Origin: an uncultured Lentisphaerales bacterium
GTDB lineage: Bacteria > Verrucomicrobiota > Kiritimatiellia > RFP12 > CAZZCT01
Direction: 5' to 3'
DNA: 64,000 bases
Assembly: GCA_964652365.1 (NCBI GenBank)
Contig: CAZZCT010000003.1
Location: forward strand, 158-64,157
Shown piece by piece: positions 45,351 to 54,948 of the stretch. The translations under genes and the position numbers were made by a program. The notes beneath the pieces were generated by a model. That model made no database searches. It saw only the letters and a program-made list of their open reading frames with translations, and had not been told where the DNA came from. How positions within the stretch are numbered: the stretch's first letter is position 1; each line of letters begins with the position of its first letter.

Positions 45351-46076
45351 ATGCTGCCCGCCCAGGTTGTCTCGCTGGCCGACTGCACGGAACGACGGCG
45401 CGTCTTCGCGCAGGAGCACGCCTGGCTGGACTTCGCCTTCGTCGACGCCGTCGATGGCCGGGCGGGCCGGATACCCTTCCTGGCGCGCATCCGGCCGCTG
45501 TTCGGCACCGACGGCTTCTCGCCTGGCGCGCTCGGCTGCCTGCTGAGCCACCGACGCATCTGGAAATCATTGCTGGCCTCAAACCGTCCGGCGGTGCTGA
45601 TCTTGGAAGATGACGTTCGTATCTCCCGCAAAGCCTTTGCCTGGTGGCAACCGGTGATCACGGACCGCGCGGATTACGATGTGCTGTTTCTGGGAGCCCA
45701 CAACGGACTGAGCGTGCCGTGCCTCTTCGATGTCCGGCTGTTTTCGGTCCGGTATGGGTTCCTGGCCGTGCCGTTTGACCGGACGCTCTACTGCACCTAC
45801 GGCTACGTCGTCTCCCGGGCCGGGGCCCAGAAACTTCTGGCTCGGACGCACATGGGATGCAGTGTCGACTACTGGCACCGCTACAACACCGACGGCGCCA
45901 TGCGCTACCTCGGCCTCTACCCCAACATCGCATGCCCGTCGGCGCTGGCACGCGAGTCGTCGACCCAGGCATCCAAGCCGGCCGTGGGCAGCCGCGCTCG
46001 GTTGCGGTGCGCCGTCACATGGATATCCCTGCATCTCAAACTAGCCTATCGCCATGCAACCCAATTCCTGGACTAG
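45351..46076 (+). CDS. Glycosyltransferase family 25 (LOS/LPS glycosyltransferase type)
   Basis: Motifs VVSLADCTERRRVF, FVDAVDGR and GALGCLLSHRRIWKSLL...VLILEDDVRI. The ATG directly abuts the preceding TAA. Confidence 0.8.
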   Translation: MLPAQVVSLADCTERRRVFAQEHAWLDFAFVDAVDGRAGRIPFLARIRPLFGTDGFSPGALGCLLSHRRIWKSLLASNRPAVLILEDDVRISRKAFAWWQPVITDRADYDVLFLGAHNGLSVPCLFDVRLFSVRYGFLAVPFDRTLYCTYGYVVSRAGAQKLLARTHMGCSVDYWHRYNTDGAMRYLGLYPNIACPSALARESSTQASKPAVGSRARLRCAVTWISLHLKLAYRHATQFLD

Positions 46077-46081
46077 ACCGA

Positions 46082-46840
46082 ATGCATCATCAGCCCTACA
46101 GCCAAGCGTTCTATGAAGCCCAGAAGACCGGTTCCCTGCGATCCGCGCGCATCGTCGTACCCACTGTTCTGGACGTGCTCGCCGCGCTTCCTGTCGACTC
46201 GATCTGTGATGTGGGCTGCGGCGTTGGAACATGGCTGCGAGTGTTCCTGGAACTGGGAGTGCCTCTCGTAAGGGGATACGATGGCCCTCACGTGGCGCAC
46301 GAACAACTGATGGTTGAAACTGAGTGCTTCGCGGCTGCGGACCTATCTGCGCATCTTCCGGAGACTCGGCGCTTCTCTCTGGCGATCTCACTGGAGGTCG
46401 CAGAGCATATACCCGCCTGCCAGGCGGACGTGTTCGTTGACAATTTGACCCGTCTGGCTCCAACCATCCTGTTCTCTGCGTGCACCCCAACTCCCGGCCA
46501 CGGCACTGGCCACGTTAACGAGCAAACCCAAAGCTACTGGGCTGCCAAGATGGCGACGAAAGGATACTGGCCGTCAACAGTCATCCGCGACCGGATCTGG
46601 GGTTGCCACGATGTCGAGTGGTTCTACCGCCAGAATTCGGTATTGTACCTTAAAGCCGACGTGGCTTCCAGACTTGGGATTCCCGTGGTTGATCGGAGCC
46701 AGTTCCATCTACTCGATGTCCGGCACCCCGACTTCGTCAGCCTCATCATGGCTGAATCCATCAATCTGCAGAGTCCAGCGCGCCTGCTGATATGCGGCAG
46801 TCGTCGTCTGCTGGGAAACGTGCTCCACCGTCTCCGCTGA
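46082..46840 (+). CDS. Class I SAM-dependent methyltransferase
   Basis: The internal ATG at 46082 lies within track ORF 45857..46840. SAM motif I: ICDVGCGVGTWLRVFLELG. Also LAISLEVAEHI. Confidence 0.75.
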   Translation: MHHQPYSQAFYEAQKTGSLRSARIVVPTVLDVLAALPVDSICDVGCGVGTWLRVFLELGVPLVRGYDGPHVAHEQLMVETECFAAADLSAHLPETRRFSLAISLEVAEHIPACQADVFVDNLTRLAPTILFSACTPTPGHGTGHVNEQTQSYWAAKMATKGYWPSTVIRDRIWGCHDVEWFYRQNSVLYLKADVASRLGIPVVDRSQFHLLDVRHPDFVSLIMAESINLQSPARLLICGSRRLLGNVLHRLR

Positions 46841-46980
46841 ACCCCATGGCCGCACGTGCTTCGCGAAACACGCCGTACTCCCGAAACGGCTTCCCTGATA
46901 CTGCGCTCGAACCTCGCTCCCACATGAACCGAGCCGGAGCGACGGCCACACCCAAGGGGACGTAACTGCTGGTGCCCTGC

Positions 46981-48105
46981 TCAGACCGCCTGCGCGAAGT
47001 AGCGACTGGCGCGCAGCACGTCAGCGGGCCGCACCCGCCACAGGCCCAGGCCGTCACGCAGTTGGCGGCCGGCCAGTCCGACCCCCAGACAGGCAGGCAA
47101 CGGCGCGTCACAGATGGCCTGGACAACTCCAGCTTCCGCCGGGTAAGGCCAGAAGGTATTCCGTCCCGTGTGTCCGTTGGTGATGCAGACGAATGGCACG
47201 CCGGCCGCCGCCGCCATGTGGATCGCGCAACTGTCGTTGGACACCAGCAACCGCGCGTCGGCCACGTGGGCCCAAAGCTCCGTCAGGCTCAGCGCACCGC
47301 ACAGATCGCGCGGATGCGCGGATGCCGCCTGCGCGACGATGCGCGCGGCAGACCGGCGCTCCGCCGCAGATCCCAGCAGGACGCTGTGCAGCCCATGGCG
47401 CTGCCATAGGCCGCGCACCACGGCGGCAAACCGCGCGACGGGCCAGCGCTTGGTCCAGTGCGAGCCGCCAATGAAAACCGCCGCGTAACCGGCCGCACCC
47501 GCCGTTGTCGTGACAGGCAACCGCGCCCGGTCGACGGTGGGGTGCCGCAACGCGCAGGTTACGCCGGTCACCTGGCGTGCAATCGCCACGTTCTCGTCAA
47601 ACACGAACCGCGGCGCAGCGGGTAACACGGCCTGATCTTCGTAGTCCATCAGTCCCGTACGCCCGACACCCTCGCGACCCACGCCAATCCGCGGACGGGC
47701 CGAAAGACCCGCCACGAGCGCATCGACCTGCGCATCGGGATAGGCGCTCGGATAGAGCAGCGCATCCCAGCGCACGGCATTGAGCGCGGCGAGCAGACCA
47801 GCGCACGCACGGCAGCGTGCAGCCCGCGCACCCGCGCGCACGCCGGACAGCGGCAGGTTGTCCCACCGGCCCCGCAGCAGGTCGGCCGGCCTCACCCAGA
47901 TGAACTCGTCAACGACCTCACGGTCCAAGGTCTCGGCCAGTTCGCGCCAAGCGACATTCCCGACCAGCGCCAGACGGTGGCCCCTGAACCGCGGGGCGTG
48001 ACGCAGCACCGGCAGCAGATCGCGGAACAGAATGTAATCGCCAATCGCGTCCAAGCGCAGCACCAGCAGGCCTGGCGGCTTTGCCGCCACAGGCGGCGCA
48101 CGCAT
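46981..48105 (-). CDS. Glycosyltransferase family 9 (heptosyltransferase-like)
   Basis: The internal ATG at 48105 gives MRAPPVAAKPPGLLVLRLDAIGDYILF. C-terminal motif: LLVSNDSCAIHMAAAAGVPFVCI. Confidence 0.8.
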   Translation of the reverse strand: MRAPPVAAKPPGLLVLRLDAIGDYILFRDLLPVLRHAPRFRGHRLALVGNVAWRELAETLDREVVDEFIWVRPADLLRGRWDNLPLSGVRAGARAARCRACAGLLAALNAVRWDALLYPSAYPDAQVDALVAGLSARPRIGVGREGVGRTGLMDYEDQAVLPAAPRFVFDENVAIARQVTGVTCALRHPTVDRARLPVTTTAGAAGYAAVFIGGSHWTKRWPVARFAAVVRGLWQRHGLHSVLLGSAAERRSAARIVAQAASAHPRDLCGALSLTELWAHVADARLLVSNDSCAIHMAAAAGVPFVCITNGHTGRNTFWPYPAEAGVVQAICDAPLPACLGVGLAGRQLRDGLGLWRVRPADVLRASRYFAQAV

Positions 48106-48330
48106 AGCGCATCCTGCTCCTACACACGCCGAAACCCGCTCGGTCGTAGCGGACGGGAGTGCGTGTAACTTGCTTTGTCTTGTGTCCGGCACAGCTTGCA
48201 TTCGTGATGAAAGCGCGACCTCTGACGCCGCCCCACTGAACCCGTCACGGGACGTTGGCCTTTCCACGAGACCGGCAGCCGGATGCCACCTGTCGCGTCT
48301 TCAGCGAAGCCCAATAACCCGCGGGCCGGG

Positions 48331-49950
48331 TCAGCGAGACCCGCTGTCCGGCGCTGACAGACTCACCCCACCCACCCCACCCGGCAAGAGCCGCGGCGGC
48401 CAGTTCACAATAGTCACGGTCGCTTGGGCTGGGCTGCCCGCGGCGACACCAGAGGGCTTTGTCAGCAGCACGCTGAAGGTCTCGTCCTTCTCACGTAACC
48501 GATCTCGTACGATGGCGATGCTGACCCTCTTCATGCCGGCCTCGCCGTCCGCCCAGGAAAGGGTAGAGCTTGCGCTAGCAAAATCGGTGCCGGCGCTCGC
48601 GGTGATTCCACTGGTGGCACAGGTCACACCGGCGGCGCCGTACGAACCGCCAACGCGTTCCACTGCCAGTTGCACGCTACCTGCGTCTTCGCGAACCTTG
48701 CATGCAGACTGCTGAAACCGCACCGTGCCAGGCGGCAACGGCTCGAAGCTGGCTGTGTAGCTCGCCCCACCTGACGGAACCACCACCTGGCGCGACGCGA
48801 CATTGACACCGTCATTCCAGCACAGGAACCTGAAGCCCGTCGCCGCAGAGGCTGAGATCGTCACGTCCGTCCCTTCCGCATACCACCCCCCGCCGCCAAC
48901 TGTCCCGCCCGTCCCAGCCGTGACCTCAAGCCGGTGCTCTGCCCGCCACTGCCAGACCACCGTCGAGTCATTCGTAATCGTGAATGTCACGCTGGTAGTT
49001 GCGCCGACCGCCGGCACGCTTCCCGTACCCGTCCAACCCATGCACACCTGGCGCGTACCGGCCGCCGTGGATACGACTTCCTCCACCTGGTTTGTCAGGA
49101 TGCGTCCGGTGTAGTTCGTGCGGATACCGTATCCGTCGGGAACCGGCGCACCATAGGCCGCCGGCGATCCCGAGACGGTCCATACGCACGGCGATGCACC
49201 AGCATCCTCGACCAGACGATCGCTGAAATCCGTCTTGGTAATGCTCCAGATCTTGAGGTTGTCGAATGCCACAGAGGTATTGGCAACCCCGGCACCCTCA
49301 AGCAGGTCCAGCATCGCCGTTGGCGAAACCGGTGAGTACCAGCCATAGGGATCGGCCTGTTCATACGGAGTCTTGAGTACTCCATCAATATAGACCGCCA
49401 GTTTCCGACCGCTCAGTCCGGGAATGCCGCCACTTGCCCACACCAGCGCGTAGTGATGCCAATTGGCGCGTTGCCCCGCACCGAGGACGGAGTCGTAGGT
49501 CCAGATACCAAAATTTCCCGTATAGGCACGTTGATGCCGCCACACGCCGACAACCCCCCCATGGCCGAGCCCGTCATTGTTGTTCAGTTCAACTCGCAGC
49601 CATGAGGGACTACCCGACGCAATGAAAATTGGGCCACCTGAGATGTTGGTCGGGTAGCCGATCAGCTTGGCCCAAAACTCGATTGTCCCCGCGGTCGCGT
49701 TGATCACCGGGTAGCAGGGGAACGTGATGCAACGCCTCTCGGCGGCAGTCGCTACAAAGGCCTGACCAAACACGCCCGCCGTGAAGCTCCCGCCCTTAAA
49801 CGTGCCATTAGGGCCAATCTCACTGGCGCACACCGAAGCAGATGACTCCAGTCGGTTCCACAGAACCAGGCCGGTCGGGGTCTCCGCTTTGACGAAGCCT
49901 GCCAACGTGGCGAGGGATGACAGAACCAGCGCCGCATACTGAACTCGCAT
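48331..49950 (-). CDS. Secreted protein with a LamG/concanavalin-A-like lectin domain, Ig-like repeats and a C-terminal Calx-beta domain
   Basis: The internal ATG at 49950 gives the signal peptide MRVQYAALVLSSLATLAGFVKA. LamG-like: TIEFWAKL...WHHYALVW...LAVYIDG. Calx-beta-like: VREDAGSVQLAVERVGGSYGAAGVTCATSGITASAGTDFASASSTLSWADGEAGMKRVSIAIVRDRLREKDETFSVLL. Confidence 0.75.
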   Translation of the reverse strand: MRVQYAALVLSSLATLAGFVKAETPTGLVLWNRLESSASVCASEIGPNGTFKGGSFTAGVFGQAFVATAAERRCITFPCYPVINATAGTIEFWAKLIGYPTNISGGPIFIASGSPSWLRVELNNNDGLGHGGVVGVWRHQRAYTGNFGIWTYDSVLGAGQRANWHHYALVWASGGIPGLSGRKLAVYIDGVLKTPYEQADPYGWYSPVSPTAMLDLLEGAGVANTSVAFDNLKIWSITKTDFSDRLVEDAGASPCVWTVSGSPAAYGAPVPDGYGIRTNYTGRILTNQVEEVVSTAAGTRQVCMGWTGTGSVPAVGATTSVTFTITNDSTVVWQWRAEHRLEVTAGTGGTVGGGGWYAEGTDVTISASAATGFRFLCWNDGVNVASRQVVVPSGGASYTASFEPLPPGTVRFQQSACKVREDAGSVQLAVERVGGSYGAAGVTCATSGITASAGTDFASASSTLSWADGEAGMKRVSIAIVRDRLREKDETFSVLLTKPSGVAAGSPAQATVTIVNWPPRLLPGGVGGVSLSAPDSGSR

Positions 49951-50062
49951 GTTTCTCACAACCCCTCCAGTGGTGCAATTACACCTCATTGGTGGTGATT
50001 GAACCAGACACCAAGATTGAGGGCAAGCACCAAATTCGCGATTGGTAACCGCGGATAGTCGG

Positions 50063-50081
50063 ACCCGCCCGCATGGCGGGT
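50063..50081 (-). terminator. GC-rich hairpin (7-bp stem ACCCGCC/GGCGGGT, 5-nt loop) 18-36 nt downstream of the GT4 gene stop. It could be an intrinsic terminator or intercistronic attenuator, but it has no U-tract.
   Basis: Read directly from the sequence. It lies in the 148-nt gap between CDS 50099..51148 and CDS 48331..49950. Confidence 0.3.
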
Positions 50082-50098
50082 ATGTTCATGCAGCGAAT

Positions 50099-51148
50099 CT
50101 AGACCCTGAGGTCAACAGAATGCTCCCCAAGGCCCGCCAGCCATCCGTCGAACTGCCGCGCGATCTCTGCCCAGGTGTGCACCGGGATGTCCTGCGCCGC
50201 GTGTGCGGCCAGTGCGTCGCGCAGCGCCGGATCGTCGGCCAGACGGCGAATCGCAGCCGGGTAGTCGCGCGTCAGGAGTGCGTTGCGGCCGTTGGCGAAA
50301 AAGAGGTTCGGCCGGCCATCATACCCGATGATAGGTTTGCCGAACCGCAGGTATTCGTGGATCTTGGCGTTGCAGTCCTGATCGGCCGTCACCACCAGCA
50401 CGTCGGCCTGGGCCATCACGGCGAGTTGGTCGGCTTTGGAGAGGTATCCGAGGAAGATGCAGTTGTCCGAGGCGGTGCGGTCGAGGTAGGCATAGTGCTC
50501 ACCGGTCAGGTACAGCTTGATGTCCGGCGGCAGCAGACGCATCGCGGCGCACACGTCGGCGGTGCGCTTCCAACGCGCTTGATCGCCGGTATAGACCAGT
50601 TTGAGCCGGCCATCCAGCTTGATGCCGCTGGCGGACGCGTCCAGCCGCGGCGGGTCGGCGCCATTCGGGATGTAGTGACAGTCGACGCCCCAGCGCCGGG
50701 CCCGCAACTGGTTGTAGCGGCTCAAGGTGACCACGGCATCTGAGCGCTCCACGATTTGGCGCTCCAGCAGATTCATGGCCATCCCCGGCAGGCGGCCATA
50801 GACATCCTGCCAGATCTCGCCGTAGACATCATCCCAGCCATGCGCGACCGTATAGGCCCGGTGGCGGCAGAGCGTGCGTCGGACCGCCAGCGGCATCAGG
50901 GCCGTCAGTGCGCCATAGGTGTAGACCACCTGCGGCTGGAACCGGTCGATCAGGCGTGCCAGCCTCAGGGGATGCGCGCTGGTCTGGATCCCGGCGCGCT
51001 GCGTGGCCCAGCCCAGTTGCTCCAGATGGAAGAGAATCGCCCCCAAGCTATAGGGGTAGCGGGCGTAGAAATCGGCGGGCGATAGCGTCTCGAATCCCGG
51101 TTTCCGGTGGCTAGATACCAACAGCAGTCGTTTGGGGGCAGCCATCAT
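50099..51148 (-). CDS. Glycosyltransferase family 4 (GT-B fold)
   Basis: The ATG at 51148 overlaps the upstream stop as ATGA at 51145-51148. The protein begins MMAAPKRLLLVSSH. The C-terminal half is GT1/GT4-like (KLYLTGEH...ADVLVVTADQD...KPIIGYD). Confidence 0.75.
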   Translation of the reverse strand: MMAAPKRLLLVSSHRKPGFETLSPADFYARYPYSLGAILFHLEQLGWATQRAGIQTSAHPLRLARLIDRFQPQVVYTYGALTALMPLAVRRTLCRHRAYTVAHGWDDVYGEIWQDVYGRLPGMAMNLLERQIVERSDAVVTLSRYNQLRARRWGVDCHYIPNGADPPRLDASASGIKLDGRLKLVYTGDQARWKRTADVCAAMRLLPPDIKLYLTGEHYAYLDRTASDNCIFLGYLSKADQLAVMAQADVLVVTADQDCNAKIHEYLRFGKPIIGYDGRPNLFFANGRNALLTRDYPAAIRRLADDPALRDALAAHAAQDIPVHTWAEIARQFDGWLAGLGEHSVDLRV

Positions 51149-52071
51149 GTCGGTGCGGTTCCGGCTGGGCCGCGGCCGGCTGCTCGGGCGCGGACCGCGC
51201 GCCGCCATTGGCAGACGAAGTCCAGGTACTTGCCGCCCAGGCTGACCAGGGCAGATAGCAGGTTGAAATGGCGGAAGTAGAAGCGGGAGACGCGATGGAC
51301 GTTGTACGCTGACTTGCGTGATGTCAACAGCCTGACGATGCGGCCAAGGCTCAGTGAACCGTCGCCGATGTACAGACCGGTCTTGTCGCGGGCGTTGCGG
51401 ATCACACTGGCCGGCTCAAACCAGACCTGGCAGCTCTTCCGGCGGGCACGGAAACAGAAGTCCGCATCACCGTAGTACTGGGGAAACGCGCGTGCGTCCA
51501 GCAGACCGACGCGCGCCAGCACGGTCCGCGGGATCAGCACGCCCATGCCCCCGCACCAGGCGACCTCACCGGCCGCCAGGGCCATCTCCGACACGGGTCG
51601 CCCCGCGTGCCGCGACGCGAGCCCGCCCCAGCGCGACCGCATCACCCCGCCGGCGAACTGGATCTCCTCGCGATCATCATCGAACATTACCAGCGAGCAG
51701 ACGATCCGCGCCGGGTTCCCATAGGCCGCCGTGAGAAGTGCGCCCAACGCACCTGGCTCCGGGCGGTTGTCGTCATTCAACAGCAACACGTGTGTCGCAT
51801 CTTCGGCCAGTGCCTGCCGGATGCCCTGGTTGACAGACTCGGCCCACCACCAATCCCCTGTGCCGCGGATGACCTGAACGTCTGGAAACTCGCGTGCCAG
51901 CCGTTCGGCCGTGCCGTCGCGCGAACCGTCGTCGACCACGACGGTCCGCGCCGGCCAGACATCGGAACGTGCCAGCGCCGTCAGGCAGGCCGTCAACCGA
52001 CCGATGGAGTTGAACGTCGGGATGACCGCCCACACACGTGGATCGCCGCTGGCTGTTGCCTCGGTCGTCAT
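51145..52071 (-). CDS. Glycosyltransferase family 2
   Basis: Motifs VWAVIPTFNSIGRLTACLTALARS and VVVDDGSRDGTAE, plus the DxD-like LLLNDDN. Confidence 0.82.
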   Translation of the reverse strand: MTTEATASGDPRVWAVIPTFNSIGRLTACLTALARSDVWPARTVVVDDGSRDGTAERLAREFPDVQVIRGTGDWWWAESVNQGIRQALAEDATHVLLLNDDNRPEPGALGALLTAAYGNPARIVCSLVMFDDDREEIQFAGGVMRSRWGGLASRHAGRPVSEMALAAGEVAWCGGMGVLIPRTVLARVGLLDARAFPQYYGDADFCFRARRKSCQVWFEPASVIRNARDKTGLYIGDGSLSLGRIVRLLTSRKSAYNVHRVSRFYFRHFNLLSALVSLGGKYLDFVCQWRRAVRARAAGRGPAGTAPT

Positions 52072-52073
52072 GG

Positions 52074-53078
52074 CTAACGCCGCGCCTTCCTGCCGCCCCA
52101 GGCGGCAACGCGTTGGCGAAGCAGGTCAACGCCGTAGTGCGCCAGCGAGCGCCACCAGCGCCAGGCCTCGCCGTAATCAAACGTAAAGGAACGCCCCGCC
52201 ACGACTTTCCGGAAGCGCGGATCGGCCGCCAGACGCGTTAACAGCCTGTTGCGGATATCGTCCCATCGCGGGCGGTTGCAGTCCAAAAAGTCCAGCATGG
52301 CCCAGGCGTAGCACAGGTCGGTGGCCCGTTTGCGGGAGCGGCTGATGGCATCCGGATGCACACGGAAACGCGCCAGCGGCCGGTCGATGTAGCCGAACTG
52401 CGGATAGTCCCGGCAGGCGTACAGGAACAACAGCACGTCGGAGCCGGCGCCCGTCCCCCTGAAATCCAAGCCAAACGGATTCGGCAGGTCCTCGACAAGA
52501 CCTTTGCGGAGGTCGTCCAGCCGGAACAGCGCGCAGCCGGGCGAATAAGGTCCGCCGCCCAGGCACGCCGACCGGACAAACACGTCGGAGTCATAGAGGC
52601 CTGTCGCGCCGAACCGGTAGATCACGCGATCGACCTCGCCGAAAAACGCGACACACGTTAGAACGAACCCCACATCTGCACGCCCCGCGAGCAATTCCAT
52701 TGCGGCGGCCACGAAATCAGGCGCCAGGTCGTCATCGGACCAAAGCAGTTTGCCATACGTGCCGCGCGCCAGAGCCAGGCAGCGAGCCCAGTTGCGGACC
52801 GGCCCGAGATTGGCCTCGTTACGGAAAACCCGCACGCGGGGATCACGCGCGGCCCAGTCACGCGCGACGTCGAAGGTCGCATCGGTACTGGCGTTATCGA
52901 CGACGACGACTTCGATCGCCGGCCAGGTCTGGGCGCAGGCGGCCGTCAGGGCCGACTTCAGCATCTGTGCGCGGTTATACACCGGCACGAGAATGCTGAC
53001 CAACGGCGGAGGATCGAGTGACACCGACACGATGGCCTCCCGGGTCAAGACCCTACCGCCTGTTCGCCGGTCGCCCAC
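52074..53078 (-). CDS. Glycosyltransferase family 2
   Basis: Motifs [19 protein letters not shown] and [14 protein letters not shown]. The track start at 53078 is a GTG. An alternative TTG at 53048 overlaps the upstream stop as TTGA. Confidence 0.8.
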   Translation of the reverse strand: MGDRRTGGRVLTREAIVSVSLDPPPLVSILVPVYNRAQMLKSALTAACAQTWPAIEVVVVDNASTDATFDVARDWAARDPRVRVFRNEANLGPVRNWARCLALARGTYGKLLWSDDDLAPDFVAAAMELLAGRADVGFVLTCVAFFGEVDRVIYRFGATGLYDSDVFVRSACLGGGPYSPGCALFRLDDLRKGLVEDLPNPFGLDFRGTGAGSDVLLFLYACRDYPQFGYIDRPLARFRVHPDAISRSRKRATDLCYAWAMLDFLDCNRPRWDDIRNRLLTRLAADPRFRKVVAGRSFTFDYGEAWRWWRSLAHYGVDLLRQRVAAWGGRKARR

Positions 53079-54079
53079 TCGAACATGGCCGTCACCCCCT
53101 GGCGGGCCGTCACGCGCGGGCTCCAGTCGAAAGCCCGGGCGGCGAGGCTCACGTCGGCGACAAAAACGGGCTGGTCGCCCACACGTGGCGGCAGGCGCTC
53201 ATAGGCCATCCGCACGCCGCCCAACTCCTCGAGCAGCGCGAACAACTCCAGGAGGGACAGACTGTTGTCCATGCCGCCGCCGATGTTAAACGCCCGGCCG
53301 GCCGCGCGGGCCAAGCAGTCCGGCACCGCGAAGTAGAGCCGCACGACATCGTCGACATACAGGATATCGCGGACCTGCTTGCCGGTGCCGCAGATGGTGA
53401 ACGGGCGGCGGAAGGCGTTCGCTCGAAGCTCGGCCGCCTGGCGGCAGAACCACCCCACCCACCCTTGGTCGATGGTCGCAAACTGCCGGCCGCCGTACAT
53501 GGACGAATGCCGGAAGACCACCGTTCGCAGCCCGAACACGCGCGCGTAGTCAAGCACGTATTGGTCGGCCGCACCCTTCGAGCAGCCGTACGGCGATTCG
53601 AAGCTGAGGGGCACCGTCTCGTCGAAGCCGCGCGGCCAGCGCGGGCACACATAGCGGGTCGGACGTTCCTCGCAGGCATACTGTCCGAGATCGCCATAGA
53701 CCTTGTTGGTCGAGGCGTACACCAGGACGGTGGTCGGGGCGTGCGCACGCATCGCCTCGAGAATGTTCAGCGTACCCAGCGCGTTGACCTCAAAATCAAG
53801 CCGCGGGTTGGCGAGTGAGACGGTCATCGCCACCTGCCCGGCCAGGTGAAAGATCAGGTCGGGCGACGACGCCTTCAGACACTCAGCGACGGTTCTCGGG
53901 TCCCGGATATCGCCATGCACAACCTCGAAGGGGCCGCGCGCGCGCAACCACGCGAGATTGCGGTTCGACCCCTCGCGCGAGAAGTCGTCCAGCACGGTCA
54001 CGCACGCACCTCGAACGAGCGCCTCGGCCACCAGGTTGGTGCCCAGAAATCCGCATCCGCCTGTCACAAGCAGCCGCAT
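53045..54079 (-). CDS. rfbE: CDP-paratose 2-epimerase-like NAD-dependent epimerase (tyvelose epimerase type)
   Basis: The internal ATG at 54079 gives [16 protein letters not shown]. Long collinear similarity to my recollection of Salmonella RfbE/Tyv: [90 protein letters not shown]. Confidence 0.75.
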   Translation of the reverse strand: MRLLVTGGCGFLGTNLVAEALVRGACVTVLDDFSREGSNRNLAWLRARGPFEVVHGDIRDPRTVAECLKASSPDLIFHLAGQVAMTVSLANPRLDFEVNALGTLNILEAMRAHAPTTVLVYASTNKVYGDLGQYACEERPTRYVCPRWPRGFDETVPLSFESPYGCSKGAADQYVLDYARVFGLRTVVFRHSSMYGGRQFATIDQGWVGWFCRQAAELRANAFRRPFTICGTGKQVRDILYVDDVVRLYFAVPDCLARAAGRAFNIGGGMDNSLSLLELFALLEELGGVRMAYERLPPRVGDQPVFVADVSLAARAFDWSPRVTARQGVTAMFEWATGEQAVGS

Positions 54080-54948
54080 GCCAGCCGCTCCTTTGCGATC
54101 GTGTCGGTCAATCCGCTGCAAAAGTCGATCCGCGCCTGCCAGCCGAGCACGGCCAGCGCCGAGGGATCGGCCACCAGCCGCATGGGCTCGTGCGCGCGGT
54201 ATGGCAGAGCGCCGTAGACCGGCCGCGAGGCCGTAGCGGTCAGTGCGCGCACACTTTCCACAAACTCCCGTATCGTGTGCCCGACGCCCGTGCCAACCTC
54301 CAGCGCGCAATAACCGACCAAGCCGGACGCCTGCGCCAAGACAGCCAGAAACGCCTCCAGGATGTCGTCAACGTGTGTGAAGTCGCGCGTCTGCTCCCCT
54401 GCCGTCAGACGCAACTCGACCTCGCCCCGCAGACAAGCCCGAATGATCCAGGCATGGAACTTGGAGGCGTCATCGTCGGGGCCATACATCTGGCTCAAGC
54501 GCAGGTCGGCAAACAACCAGTTCTTCTGCGTAGCTGCCAGGTGGCGGCCCCAGGACGCAAACGCGTGTTTGGAGAGCGCGTACGGGTTGACCTCCGACGG
54601 CAGCAACGTGTTGGCGTAGAGGAAGACGCCCCCCGGCCGCGGCTGCCACTCCTCCAGGAGGCGCAGCGGCTGTGCCACGTTGGCATCCAGAAGGGTCGCA
54701 GCCGACTCGCCGTTCCGCCCGTAGCAGCACGCCGTGTGAATGACGGCATCCACCGCCGCCAGCCGCGCCCCCCGCTCCGTCAGGTCGGGGTCCCACGGCA
54801 GAACGCGCAGCCCGGGAGACGGCCGGAGTGCCTGCCGGACTGCGGCGGGGTTATGCGTCACCGCCAGCAGAACGTGCCCGGCGTCCAGCAGCCGTTGCCC
54901 GATGCGCCGACCGAGAAAGCCGCTGGCGCCTGTCAGGACAATCCGCAT
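54064..54948 (-). CDS. Short-chain NAD(P)-dependent sugar 4-reductase (CDP-paratose/abequose synthase-like)
   Basis: The internal ATG at 54948 gives [25 protein letters not shown] catalytic motif. 294 aa. It sits between ddhC and the 2-epimerase, overlapping each by 16 nt. Confidence 0.65.
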   Translation of the reverse strand: MRIVLTGASGFLGRRIGQRLLDAGHVLLAVTHNPAAVRQALRPSPGLRVLPWDPDLTERGARLAAVDAVIHTACCYGRNGESAATLLDANVAQPLRLLEEWQPRPGGVFLYANTLLPSEVNPYALSKHAFASWGRHLAATQKNWLFADLRLSQMYGPDDDASKFHAWIIRACLRGEVELRLTAGEQTRDFTHVDDILEAFLAVLAQASGLVGYCALEVGTGVGHTIREFVESVRALTATASRPVYGALPYRAHEPMRLVADPSALAVLGWQARIDFCSGLTDTIAKERLACGCL

